Shown: positions 33,808 to 44,112 of the stretch, piece by piece | Layout of the letters: every line of letters begins with the position of its first letter | How positions within the stretch are numbered: the first letter of the stretch is position 1 | NCBI GenBank assembly: GCA_963769935.1 | Contig: CAVYNY010000036.1 | Span: forward strand, 1 to 64,000 | DNA length: 64,000 nucleotides | Source of the DNA: an uncultured delta proteobacterium | GTDB taxonomy: Bacteria > Desulfobacterota > Desulfobacteria > Desulfobacterales > JAFDCJ01 | Reading direction: 5' to 3' | Translations under genes and position numbers: made by a program | Notes under the pieces: generated by a model | Database searches by the model: none | What the model was told of the DNA's origin: nothing | The model's input: the letters and a program-made list of their open reading frames with translations, nothing else

Positions 33808-34827
33808 CTACTTAAACGGAGGTGAATACATAAGGCCACCGTTAGTCCACTGGGCATTCAAGCCACGTTCGAGTTTTAGAGGCGTATTGACACCGACATT
33901 TCGTTCAAAGACTTCGCCGTAATTGCCGACCTGTTTGACGATATTATAGGCCCACTTTTCGTCCAGCCCCAGTGCTTTGCCGTTTCCGGGATTGACTCCC
34001 AGAAATCGCTGAATTTTGGGGTCCTTGCTGTTCAGCATTTCATCGACGTTTTTAGAAGTGATGCCAAGTTCTTCAGCGTCAATCATCGCCAGAACCGAAA
34101 AATTAACAATATCGTACCACTGATCGTCTCCGTGACGGACCGCCGGAGCCAGGGGTTCCTTGGAAATTATTTCCGGTAAGATAACGTAATCAGTCGGTGT
34201 GGGGGCAACGGCCCGGGTTGACGCCAGCTGGGATGCATCCGAAGTCAGGACGTCGCAGCGACCGGCAAAAAAGGCCTGGGCCAGTTCCGGTGTGCTCTCG
34301 ATGACCACCGGTTTCATCTTCATGCCGTTGGCCCTGAAATAATCCGCCACGTTAAGTTCGGTGGTGGTTCCCGGCAATACACACACTGTGGCGCCATCGA
34401 GTTCTTTGGCACTTTTCAGGCCCAATTTCTTGGGCACCAGAAAGCCCTGGCCGTCATAATAGTTCACATGGGCAAAATTGAGCCCCAGTGCGGTTTCCCG
34501 GGTAAGTGTCTGGGTACAGTTACGGGTGAGAACGTCGATTTCACCGGACTGCAACGCCGTAAAGCGGGTTTTTGCGGTCAGGGGCACAAATTTCAATTTA
34601 TCCGGCGCGCCGAATACCGCTGCGGAAATGGCCCGAGCCGTATCGACATCAAGACCGCGCCACTCGCCTTTTTCATCGGGTTTTGAGAATCCAAACAAGC
34701 CTTCATTGACACCGGCTGAAATGAAGCCTTTGGCCTTTACTTCGTCCAATGTTCCGGCTGCAGCAAAGCCGGCCGGGATAACCAGCGCTAAGATCAACGC
34801 AAGGACGCATAACTTTTTTAAATTCAT
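33808..34827 (-). CDS. aapJ: General L-amino-acid ABC substrate-binding protein
   Basis: Signal peptide; RFTALQSGEIDVL, ISKEPL.PAVR, VGNYGE.FERN; AAGGAGG RBS. Confidence 0.9.
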   Translation of the reverse strand: MNLKKLCVLALILALVIPAGFAAAGTLDEVKAKGFISAGVNEGLFGFSKPDEKGEWRGLDVDTARAISAAVFGAPDKLKFVPLTAKTRFTALQSGEIDVLTRNCTQTLTRETALGLNFAHVNYYDGQGFLVPKKLGLKSAKELDGATVCVLPGTTTELNVADYFRANGMKMKPVVIESTPELAQAFFAGRCDVLTSDASQLASTRAVAPTPTDYVILPEIISKEPLAPAVRHGDDQWYDIVNFSVLAMIDAEELGITSKNVDEMLNSKDPKIQRFLGVNPGNGKALGLDEKWAYNIVKQVGNYGEVFERNVGVNTPLKLERGLNAQWTNGGLMYSPPFK

Positions 34828-35325
34828 TTTTGATTCCTCCTTTTTTGATAGTTGACGATTTACTTTACCAGGCTTGCATCTGCGCAACCACCTCCGATTC
34901 AGCACGCTTCGATTTTTCCGAGGAAATCGAGGCGCCTTCCCCCGGTCAACGGAGATCGATGGAATCAGCCGCTGCGGGTTGATGAAGATACCTCATCAAT
35001 TAATATTCCCCCTATTAAATGAAATGGCTATAGCAGAAAGCACGTGCGGTTGGCAAGGGAAATATAAAACCTCAAAATTGAATTTTTTATTGACACTCAA
35101 ATAAAATTACCCTATGAAATCCATTACATCCATGGGTATTTACCGTTTCGGAGCGCATCCTGCACCCTGTGCGGCATATTTATTGTAGAATTGCAAAAAG
35201 ATATTGAGAAGAATCCAAATTCAGCTGCTTTTCAACCTGATGCCATTGCTGCCGCTGTGACCGGCCTCGGAATTGAAATCTGACATGCTGACCGGCTACT
35301 GATCCTAAATACTCGAGGAATCTGT

Positions 35326-35568
35326 ATGAATGATATATTGATCAAAAATTCAACCCCGATAGGACAGCTCCCTAATGATGACTGGGAAAAGCGTTCAGAG
35401 GAAGAGCGGCGCTCCGATATGGACAATCGCAACGGCCAGGATGCGTCATACTTTATAAATGGCGGCAAGGAAAGAAGAAAAATAAAAGAACGCAGGCTGA
35501 AGGAAGAACGCCGAGACGGGTGGCTGCGCGTTGGTCAATGGCGCAGCGAGTCTGTTTTCGACGATTAA
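35326..35568 (+). CDS. Small protein with repeated ERR motifs
   Basis: EKR..EERR...KERR..KERR..EERR; GAGG RBS. Confidence 0.6.
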   Translation: MNDILIKNSTPIGQLPNDDWEKRSEEERRSDMDNRNGQDASYFINGGKERRKIKERRLKEERRDGWLRVGQWRSESVFDD

Positions 35569-35662
35569 TGACAAATGAACACACCTCCAGTGCTTTGCCC
35601 TGGGCTATCTGCTCTATGCCCTCTGTGCTGTGCTCTCAGCGCTATGACCTATGCGCTTTGCG

Positions 35663-36430
35663 TTAGGCCCTCTGCGCCAGAAGGGCCGCTCCGATGGCAC
35701 CCGTTAACTGGCTTTGCGGGGAGACCTCTATTTGCTGAGCAATTTTTTTCTCCAGCGCTTTAACAACACCGATGTTTCTAGCCACGCCGCCGGTCATCAT
35801 GATCGGGGGTCTGAGACCGGTCCGGTTGGCCATGGCCGCAACCCGGGCGGCAATGGATGCATGAATCCCGGCGATAATGTTTTCTCTTTTTTCACCCTTT
35901 GATATCAACGATATGACTTCCGATTCCGCAAACACGGTGCAAAGACTGCTTATTTTTGATGGCTGATCGGCATTTAGCGAAAATGAACCAAAACTATCGA
36001 GATCAACTTCAAGCGCTTTTGCCATGACTTCCAGGAATCGGCCGGTTCCAGCCGCGCATTTATCGTTCATGGCAAAGTCTTTGACGTTTCCATTTTCATC
36101 CAGAGCAATGGCTTTGCTGTCCTGCCCTCCGATATCGATAACGGATCGAACGTCCGGGTTCAAATAATGGGCGCCTGCTGCGTGGCAGGTTATTTCTGTT
36201 ACCGTCTTGTCGGCAATCATAACACTGTTGCGCCCGTAACCGGTTGAGATGATCTTGGCGACCGAAGACGGATCGATGCCCGACTCCTTCATAATTGACT
36301 CAAACACATTTTCTCCGGCATGCCGCGCATTATACCCGGTCAGGATTAATTTATCCGCAATGACCACACCATCCCTGACCACGGCGGCCTTAGCGGTTAT
36401 CGACCCCACATCAATTCCAACGGTTATCAT
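35663..36430 (-). CDS. Acyl-CoA dehydratase/reductase activase (HgdC/BadG ASKHA family)
   Basis: GIDVGS, STGYGR, DIGGQDSK, MNDKCAAGTG, CTVFAESE. Confidence 0.92.
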   Translation of the reverse strand: MITVGIDVGSITAKAAVVRDGVVIADKLILTGYNARHAGENVFESIMKESGIDPSSVAKIISTGYGRNSVMIADKTVTEITCHAAGAHYLNPDVRSVIDIGGQDSKAIALDENGNVKDFAMNDKCAAGTGRFLEVMAKALEVDLDSFGSFSLNADQPSKISSLCTVFAESEVISLISKGEKRENIIAGIHASIAARVAAMANRTGLRPPIMMTGGVARNIGVVKALEKKIAQQIEVSPQSQLTGAIGAALLAQRA

Positions 36431-36500
36431 AGCGACACCTTTGTCAAATAATAAACCCAGACAGCAACTTTAAAACCAACAATGAAGGACCTTGCACCTT

Positions 36501-36546
36501 GAACCCTGCTTGTGGGGTCGTAGCGCGTAGCGCGAAGCCCCAAACC
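36501..36546. repeat. Dispersed REP-like element, copy 2
   Basis: Near-identical to 4629-4674. Confidence 0.85.
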
Positions 36547-36694
36547 CCAATTGCCTCTTTTTCCTTGACTCTGATACAATGTAGCTTTATTGTAGCTTTC
36601 AAGGCAATTTTTTACCGCATCCGGCAGCAACAATCAAGCTTCTTTATTTCCGGTAGCTATGAACTGTTCATTGAAAAATTAACATAGGACAGAA

Positions 36695-36916
36695 ATGAGG
36701 CAACTCACCGTGCCAGAAAGCAAAAATCAAATAAGTACCGAAAACAACGCTGATGAGAAAGAGCCCGCAGCTGATGCTCTCAGCAACAGGGTCAAGTTCG
36801 AAATTTATGGCGAAGAGATGATCGAAAAGCGGGTCAAATCAAGTGGAAACAGCGGCAGGGTGTATCTGCCTCCCAACTGGGTGGGCCACAAGGTGAAAAT
36901 CATCCGGACGGATTAA
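36695..36916 (+). CDS. DUF2080-like small protein (AbrB-like swapped hairpin)
   Basis: KFEIYGEEMIEKRVKSSGNSGRVYLPPNWVGHKVKII. Confidence 0.7.
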   Translation: MRQLTVPESKNQISTENNADEKEPAADALSNRVKFEIYGEEMIEKRVKSSGNSGRVYLPPNWVGHKVKIIRTD

Positions 36917-36995
36917 GGCCGCCAAGCGGTCCGGCTTGAAAAAACAGTGACTGCCGGAACACCTCATCAATTTATGAACGAAAAGGGATTCATCT

Positions 36996-37433
36996 GTGGA
37001 GAAATTGCAAATCAGAAGGCTTCGAGAAGAAGATGCGGAAGCAATCAGTCGAATCTATGCCGCCATCACCATGAAAGCTGCAGATCCGGACTTCAAACGG
37101 GTTGTTGAAGAGCATGCCCGAAGGGAAGATGAAGCCTGTTTTGTTGCTGAGCGGGGAGATAAGGTGGTGGGATTTATGATCAGCTACATCCTGACCGCCG
37201 GTTTCGGCATGGCCAAAAGCGCCTGGATTGCCACCCTGGGCGTCGATCCCAATTGCATGGGACAAGGCATCGGCGCCCGTTTGGCTGAAGAGATATTTAC
37301 CTATTACAGGGGCCAGGGCATCGAAAATGTTTACACCTCGGTGCGCTGGGATTCCACCGACATGCTTTCTTTTTTTAAAACCCTGGGTTTCGACCGCAGT
37401 AATTTTATTAATTTGAGAAAAATAGTTAAATGA
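36996..37433 (+). CDS. GNAT family N-acetyltransferase
   Basis: IRRL..ED, FVAE...VVGF, LGVDP..MGQGIG, FFKTLGF. Confidence 0.88.
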   Translation: MEKLQIRRLREEDAEAISRIYAAITMKAADPDFKRVVEEHARREDEACFVAERGDKVVGFMISYILTAGFGMAKSAWIATLGVDPNCMGQGIGARLAEEIFTYYRGQGIENVYTSVRWDSTDMLSFFKTLGFDRSNFINLRKIVK

Positions 37434-37439
37434 ACCTCC

Positions 37440-38109
37440 TTAACTTATGCCCCCGAAATATTTCATAAACTGCACCCGTTCATAGGCCGCGGGATTGCTG
37501 CTCTTGGCCTGACTCATCAATCCCCTGAAATCCGCCAGGCGGCTGTATCCTTTCTCGCCCATCCACTTCTCCAGGATTTTCAGCATTTCAGCAATTCGGC
37601 TTTTGCCGTTTTTATAGAGGGTGGAAGCCACCTGTACGGCATCGGCACCGGCCAGTAACTGTTTGATGAGCGCCACACCGTCATGGACACCGGTTGAAGC
37701 CGCCAGATCGCAACTGACTCTTTGCGCCATGATAGCAATCCAGCGCAGGGAAATCGACAGGTCTGAGGGAAAGCTGAAAACGTTGGAGGATACAACCTCC
37801 ATTTTATCGATATCAAAATCGGGGCTGTAAAACCGGTTGAAAAGCACCAGTCCGGCGATGCCGGTTTCCGACAATTTCTGAATCATGGGTCCCAGATTGG
37901 AGAAATAGTAGCTAATTTTCAAGGCGATCGGGATGGTAACCTCTTTTTGAATTTTTTCGATGATTTGGAAATAGGCTTTCTCCTTTTCTTCACTGGTGCG
38001 CCCGAATTCGGTCGGCAGAAAGAACATATTCAGTTCCAGGGCATCGGCGCCGGCGGTTTGAAGCTGCCTTGCAAAGGAAGTCCATTCGTGAGAATAAATG
38101 CAGTTTATG
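37440..38109 (-). pseudogene. 5'-truncated dihydroorotate dehydrogenase-like gene
   Basis: Homology starts abruptly at INCIYSHEW..GADALELN; LFNRFY.PD, STGVH, AGADAVQ; FMN-binding N-terminus absent. Confidence 0.75.
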
Positions 38110-38135
38110 AATGATTAATATCTTTTCAACCCGAG

Positions 38136-40658
38136 TCAATATAAATCAGCCAGATCATCTGCACCGCCGCCGGGCATCTCACCATGCGCCTGCAGGTATT
38201 TCTGGATTAGTTCGCTTTCCCGCTTGGAATACATCTTATCTTCTTCAAATTCAAACCCGGCGGCATTAACATTTTCTTTCAGCGCAAGCCAAAGCGCCTG
38301 CTGCAGGTTGGCCGCCCCCTTGATGGTCAAAACATTGCGATCGGCATCGAGCAATTGAAAGACGCCTTCGGTTTCCGTCACTTCACTGATGTGCGCCGCA
38401 TCAAAGGGCCGCCATGTCGGTGGTGGTGCAGGGTTGCAATGGATTTGGAGGCGCAGATCGCACTGCAGACAGCGGCGGGCTTCCCTGATAGCCTGGGCAT
38501 GGCTGAAACCGGTGGCAACTTCATCAAAGCCTTTGATGCGGGTTGCGCCGTCAAGCTCCGGCATCTCTACCCGGGATTGAGAGGCAAATCCCTCATCACG
38601 GCCCAGATACGGGTCCGGATTGCCGCGCGCAAACAGAACCTCATCGATGTGCCCGGTTCCTCCCAGGGCCCGGTCAATGGATTCGGCTGCCCGGCGACCG
38701 GCGGCGACGGCATGAATGACGGAGCCGGGCGCCCGGACAATATCCCCGCCGGCATAAACACCCTGCATCCCGGTCTCCAGGGTATCCTCATTAACGATGA
38801 TCAAACCTTTGGCCGTCTTAATCGGGCTGTTGTCTTCCAGAAACGATAGATCGGTCGTCTGGCCCACCGCCAGGATGACTTGATCCACCGCAATACACTC
38901 TTTTTTGTCACTGAACTCCGGACAAAGATTGCCCTGTTCATCAATGACGCAGCTACATTCTTTCATTGCCATGCCGGTCACCCTGCCGCCATCGCCGATA
39001 ATTTTATCCGGTCCCCGGGAGGGCAGAATCTGCACGCCTTCCGCCCGGGCCCTTTCTATTTCCCAAGGGTCGGCCGGCATTTCATCCATGGTTTCCAGAC
39101 AGGCCATCTTGACCTGTGCGGCGCCGCAGCGCAAAGCCGTCAGCGCCGCATCCACGGCCAAGTTGCCCCCGCCGATCACGACCACGCGGCCCTCCAAGCG
39201 GACCGTTTCGCCCTCAGCTACCTGACGTAAAAATTCAACGCCCCCCAATACATCGGGCAAACCGCCTCCTTCCAACGGAATGCGCCGGCTTTGCCGGGCG
39301 CCGATGGCTAAAAACACGGCGTCGAACCCGTCGATAGCCAGGCTGTCCAGCGAAAAATCGCACCCCAGGCATTGATTCGGTTTAAAATCAATACCCAGCT
39401 CCATGATATCTTTGATTTCACTGTCCAACAGTGTCCGGGGCAAGCGATATTGCGGAATGCCGTAGCGCAGCATGCCCCCGGCCTGACTGCTGGAATCAAA
39501 AAGAGATACGGCATGGCCCTGCTTGCGCAGATAAAAGGCAGCCGTCAAACCTGCCGGGCCGGCCCCGATCACTGCCGCTTTTTTGCCGCTGTCGGGTGCA
39601 ACCTTGCTTTCCCTTTTCCAGAAGCCATTTTCGTGATCGGCGGCATATCTTTTCAGGGCGCAGATCGAAATGGGCTGGTTGACTTCACCGCGGCGGCAGG
39701 CTTGCTCACAGGGATGAATGCAAACGCGGCCCAGCACCCCCGGAAGTGGAACCTTTTCGCGAATAATCGCATTGGCCTCATCGGCTTTTCCCAAGGCGAT
39801 CAGGCGCAGGTAGCCGGGCACATCGACCTGCACCGGGCAGGCGGCTTTGCAGGGCACAAGATCCTGCTCCCGGGTCGCGGTTCCCACCGCTTTGTCCACC
39901 AGGGCCCCGGTCGGACAAACCTCCACACAGGCAGTACAGAATTTACAGCCGGAATCTTCCAAGGTTTCAGCAAGAGTTCCGATCTGGATCTGCCCTTTTT
40001 CATCATGCACGAAACCGAGTGCTTCAATGCCTCTCAAATCACGGCAGGCCCGCACACAACGCGTGCAACCGATGCACAAATTATAATCTCTGGTGAACAG
40101 GGGATGATCTTTGAGCACGGCCAGGTCCGTGGGAATCCATCTGGGGGTTGAATCCGGTAGGCCGGCATAAACGGCCACGTTCTGCAGCTCACAGTGGCCG
40201 AATTGCGGACAGCAGCGTTCATTTTCAGGCACATTGCCGGAACACTGGGTGCGGGAACACCCCTCCTGCTGGGCACAGGTCAGACAGGCGTGCCGGTGCC
40301 GGGCCATGATGGGGGCCAGTTTTTCCTGCCGCACCGCTTTGATGCGGCGACTATGGGTAGTGACCGCCATCGATTCTGCAACCTCAGTGGCACAGGCACT
40401 CACCAGCTCGTCGATTCCCGCCACCTCCACGACACAAAGTCCGCAGCCCTGACCGGTCTCGCCGGGCATGGCGTTTTGGATTTGCCGGCCATCCTGAAAA
40501 ATTATCCGGGCCGCTTCGCGGCCCTTGGCGGGCGGCAGGTCCGGATGATAACACAGGGTTGGGATGTAAATATCCAAGCTTCCGGCAGCCTCCAAAATAG
40601 TCATGCCCGCCCGCACCTTGACCTGCCGCCCGTCAATGCTCAAATTTACGGTATCCAT
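38136..40658 (-). CDS. bzdV: Multi-Fe-S, FAD-dependent NAD(P)H oxidoreductase, BzdV-like
   Basis: 2Fe-2S N-terminus (IPTLC), two 4Fe-4S motifs (CIGCTRC, CKFCTACVEVCP), GltD-like core (IGAGPAG, GGGNLAVD); directly downstream of bzdQ. Confidence 0.65.
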   Translation of the reverse strand: MDTVNLSIDGRQVKVRAGMTILEAAGSLDIYIPTLCYHPDLPPAKGREAARIIFQDGRQIQNAMPGETGQGCGLCVVEVAGIDELVSACATEVAESMAVTTHSRRIKAVRQEKLAPIMARHRHACLTCAQQEGCSRTQCSGNVPENERCCPQFGHCELQNVAVYAGLPDSTPRWIPTDLAVLKDHPLFTRDYNLCIGCTRCVRACRDLRGIEALGFVHDEKGQIQIGTLAETLEDSGCKFCTACVEVCPTGALVDKAVGTATREQDLVPCKAACPVQVDVPGYLRLIALGKADEANAIIREKVPLPGVLGRVCIHPCEQACRRGEVNQPISICALKRYAADHENGFWKRESKVAPDSGKKAAVIGAGPAGLTAAFYLRKQGHAVSLFDSSSQAGGMLRYGIPQYRLPRTLLDSEIKDIMELGIDFKPNQCLGCDFSLDSLAIDGFDAVFLAIGARQSRRIPLEGGGLPDVLGGVEFLRQVAEGETVRLEGRVVVIGGGNLAVDAALTALRCGAAQVKMACLETMDEMPADPWEIERARAEGVQILPSRGPDKIIGDGGRVTGMAMKECSCVIDEQGNLCPEFSDKKECIAVDQVILAVGQTTDLSFLEDNSPIKTAKGLIIVNEDTLETGMQGVYAGGDIVRAPGSVIHAVAAGRRAAESIDRALGGTGHIDEVLFARGNPDPYLGRDEGFASQSRVEMPELDGATRIKGFDEVATGFSHAQAIREARRCLQCDLRLQIHCNPAPPPTWRPFDAAHISEVTETEGVFQLLDADRNVLTIKGAANLQQALWLALKENVNAAGFEFEEDKMYSKRESELIQKYLQAHGEMPGGGADDLADLY

Positions 40659-40750
40659 TGAAATGAATTATTCTCGCTTCAACTCAATAACAAATAACTA
40701 TTAACTATGTACCACTAACCAATTACTATGTACTATTCTCTATGTACTAT

Positions 40751-41641
40751 CTACTTCTTCCTGCCTTTGCCTTTCAGACACACCGCATAACCGAACAGCG
40801 CGGCGCCGGCGGCACCTGCAATCTGGGTATCCCACTGGGTTGTCATACGCTCCATGCCGATCTTCGCCATCAGGCGATCCATGACGCCTCGATTTTTGGC
40901 CATGCCGCCGGTTGCGGCAAATCCGGCTTTGATGCCGAGCCTCTCAACCAGGGAGAAAATTTGATCGGCCATCGCCCGGCAGTAGGCCGCAAGCACTTGC
41001 TCCTTGGGCCATCCTTGGCGCAGCAGGCCGGTGGCTTCAGATTTGGCATATACCACGCAGGTGCTGGAAACCGCCTCGGGTTCTTCGCCCTGGTATTCAA
41101 AGGATTTATCCCCGGCTTCCTCGATGAATATTCCCAGCAAGTCGGCAAATACCTCCATGCCGCGACCGGTGCCGGCGGCGCATTTATCGTTCATCAGGAA
41201 ATTGGTGACTTTGCCTTTTTCGTCGCACTGGATGGCTTTGATATCCTGTCCGCCGACATCTAAAACCGTCCGGACCCCGGGCCCGTAGATAAAGCGGGCG
41301 CCCCTTGCGTGACAGGCAATTTCCGTAACGGATCGATCCGCAAAAGGAACGTTGACCCGGCCGTAGCCGGTGCCGATGCAGTAATCCATACGATCTTCGG
41401 GCATATCGGTCGCCTCCAGGGCAAACTGCAAGGCCTTGCGGGCACTGTTGGAACTGTCCGATCCGGTTCGCATATTGCCATAGGCAAATATTTGTCCGTC
41501 GATCAGGATGACGGCCTGTGAACTGACCGATCCCACATCGATGCCGATGGTAACATACCGGGCGGCTTTCCAATCGAGATCAGGATTCTTCCAGTTGGAT
41601 TCGGTCCACCGCCAGAAGTCCTGCCTTGGTTTGGCAGTCAT
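40751..41641 (-). CDS. bzdQ: Benzoyl-CoA reductase bzd-type subunit Q (activase)
   Basis: N-terminal FWRW.E..W....DW extension, GIDVGSVSSQ, MNDKCAAGTG, CVVYAKSE. Confidence 0.8.
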   Translation of the reverse strand: MTAKPRQDFWRWTESNWKNPDLDWKAARYVTIGIDVGSVSSQAVILIDGQIFAYGNMRTGSDSSNSARKALQFALEATDMPEDRMDYCIGTGYGRVNVPFADRSVTEIACHARGARFIYGPGVRTVLDVGGQDIKAIQCDEKGKVTNFLMNDKCAAGTGRGMEVFADLLGIFIEEAGDKSFEYQGEEPEAVSSTCVVYAKSEATGLLRQGWPKEQVLAAYCRAMADQIFSLVERLGIKAGFAATGGMAKNRGVMDRLMAKIGMERMTTQWDTQIAGAAGAALFGYAVCLKGKGRKK

Positions 41642-41779
41642 TAACTTATACTCCCATAAGGTAATCGGTTGTTTGTTATTGGCTTTTTCACGGCGAAGCT
41701 GCCGCACTCAGAGTGAATTTGATTTAACAGGTTTCCGGGTGTTGCGTCTAATAACAAACAATAACCAAAACCAATAACT

Positions 41780-42559
41780 TCAAAATCGGCCTTTTTCAAC
41801 CGCCACCACCGCAGCTCCCACGGCCGCCCCATACTCCGGCTCATCGGGGATCAATATATTTTCGATCTTAAGCTCCCGTCTCAAGGCCGCTATAAATCCC
41901 GGGTTGCACCCGACGCCGCCGAGCATGGCCATATCCTCATTGACGCCGATGCGCCGAATCATCGTTGCAATGCGGCCGGCCATGGCATCGTGAATGGCCT
42001 TGCTGATATCCGGTTTGTCCGTTTTGGCGTGAATCAAGCCGACGACCTCGGATTCGGCAAAAATCACACACTGGGCGTTCATGGGGATCTTTTTATTCGA
42101 TTGCAGACTCAGCGGGCCCATCTCTTCAATGCCGACTTCAAGAGCGCGGGCCATGGCCTCGAAAAAGGCACCGGCACCGGCGGCACACTTTTCATTGACG
42201 GCAAAATCTACCGGGTTGCCTTTTTCATCGATTCGGGCGGCTCGGCCTTCCTCGGCCCCGACATCGATGACCGTCCGGGCCGTGGGGGAAAAAAAATTGG
42301 CGCCTTTGGCCATGGCCTTGATGTCGTCGACATCATCATCCGCCATTTTTATCGAATTTTTGCCGGAGCCGGTCCTACCGATCCTCAGGATGTCTTCCCG
42401 GGCAATACCGGCCGCCTGGACGGCTTTGTCCAGAGAATCTGCAACCGCTTTCTCCCGGTCAAATCCTGTCAGGACCTTACCCTGGCCGACGATTTTACCG
42501 TCCTTCAGAATAACCGTTTTGGTGGTTTTGGCTCCACAATCTATTCCTGCTGTTATCAC
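41780..42559 (-). CDS. bzdP: Benzoyl-CoA reductase subunit P-like activase
   Basis: GIDCGAK, DVGAEEGRA, NEKCAAGAG, CVIFAESE; adjacent to bzdQ. Confidence 0.7.
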   Translation of the reverse strand: MITAGIDCGAKTTKTVILKDGKIVGQGKVLTGFDREKAVADSLDKAVQAAGIAREDILRIGRTGSGKNSIKMADDDVDDIKAMAKGANFFSPTARTVIDVGAEEGRAARIDEKGNPVDFAVNEKCAAGAGAFFEAMARALEVGIEEMGPLSLQSNKKIPMNAQCVIFAESEVVGLIHAKTDKPDISKAIHDAMAGRIATMIRRIGVNEDMAMLGGVGCNPGFIAALRRELKIENILIPDEPEYGAAVGAAVVAVEKGRF

Positions 42560-42861
42560 TTTCTAAGCTCCATATTTTGAGGAAATGGAAACCGCCGGTA
42601 AAGATCACCCAAAAAACCGCTGAACCGAACCCCATGGATCGCACCCATTAAATCACCGATGTCTGCAGCGGATTCGATAATCCGAACCGGCCGTTGGGTC
42701 TGATAAAAGCGTACTTCATCCCATTCAGCGATGTTCTTCAAATTCTCACAAAAATTTTCGGTAAACAAAAATTAGCGGTCACAAAGCAGCATGTCGGATT
42801 CAATATTAAAGAATCCAAAAGCAATGGTTCCATGACTGAGAGAGCCAAAGGCCAGCGGCAT
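42556..42861 (-). pseudogene. Degraded hypothetical gene (in-frame TAA at 42772-42774, probably 3'-truncated)
   Basis: AGGAG RBS, MPLAFGSLSHGTIAFGFFNIESDMLLCDR*FLFTENFC... continues in frame to the bzdP start. Confidence 0.6.
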
Positions 42862-43041
42862 CAGTCATACTCCTTTTTGGTTCAGGATAAAGAGGTCAGA
42901 AAAAAAGTGCTGCGTTTTGAGCACTCAGAGTATTGAAATCGCAAGACGAAATTGGGATTAATTAATATTGCCAACCGCCTTGAGCCGTGCGCCCTGCGCC
43001 TTTAGCCTTTTACCTTTTACTTTGCCTTTACCTTTTACCTT

Positions 43042-43575
43042 TCACAATTTCTGCCTACCGCCTGCCGCCTTCAAGAAAAACCGCCACCGACAATGCTCAT
43101 GGGCTGGATGGGGATCCGGCGGGGCAAATAGACATTCGACTTGGATACGCGCGTCAATTTCCCGGGCAAAGGTGGAAAATTCGGCGCGGTGCATTTCCCG
43201 GCAGTCATATTCATCAAGGCCCCTTCTGGTGCGCGCCGCCTGGGTCGGGCACGATGGAACCGAAATGAACACTTCATCCTGCTCCTGCCGGATTTGGTAA
43301 CCCACCAGAATGCACCACGGAAAAAATTTTAAAGTCTTTACAAATCCATCCAGACCTTTTTCACTGATATTAAACCGCTTGACAAGATCTTTGGCGGCCA
43401 TTGCCGCCACTTTACCCCACACTCTTTCATTCAGCTGATCGGCGGTGGACTGGTCGGATTGCTCGGCACTATACAGATACCAGAAGGCATCAACCACGCG
43501 ATAATGCCACAAAAGAAATTGGATATATTGACGAAGTTCCGGTGCTTCCATCTTTTCAAAGATTTCCAGTTCCAT
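43042..43575 (-). CDS. DUF6125-like protein
   Basis: [19 protein letters not shown]...H..EF..FA..ID, CLFAPPD.HP...C.W.F. Confidence 0.7.
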   Translation of the reverse strand: MELEIFEKMEAPELRQYIQFLLWHYRVVDAFWYLYSAEQSDQSTADQLNERVWGKVAAMAAKDLVKRFNISEKGLDGFVKTLKFFPWCILVGYQIRQEQDEVFISVPSCPTQAARTRRGLDEYDCREMHRAEFSTFAREIDARIQVECLFAPPDPHPAHEHCRWRFFLKAAGGRQKL

Positions 43576-44112
43576 AAAAGTCTCTCCTTTCATAACCCCA
43601 TCCGAAAAAGATCACCCGGCAGGCTTTTTGCGGGTCGCGGCGGCCGATTAAGATGTTCCCGATCGACCCCGCGGCATCGGCACCGACATACTGCTTATCA
43701 CAGGAAGCGGCTGTAAACAAGTAAACCGAATTTTCAATAACTGAATCGAGGTCATCACAGGTAGAACATACAGTTGTCGGAATTAGGGTGCACAACACAA
43801 TATGAAACTTATCTAATAATCGTTATTCAGCAATTATGGTAAATTCACAATCTGTCCGGAATTAGTCGATAAACTAAATTTAGTTAATTATTTCAGTTTT
43901 TTACAAAATTACTATTGACTTGATTTCATTATTGTCTTACAGAGAAACCAAGCGGAAAAATTAGAAAATATATCTACTTTGGTACAAAAGCGAACCTTTA
44001 TTAAATTGATTGTCACCAGTGTTCAACCGGTCGATTTGAGGAATTATCGGCAACAACAAATGGAAAGTACACCTTTTGAAACGGTAAATCAAAAAAGGTA
44101 TAGGGTTGAAAT

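Noticed and set aside
36695..36916. IS element implied by the DUF2080 label
   Set aside because: No transposase, tnpB or terminal repeats adjacent
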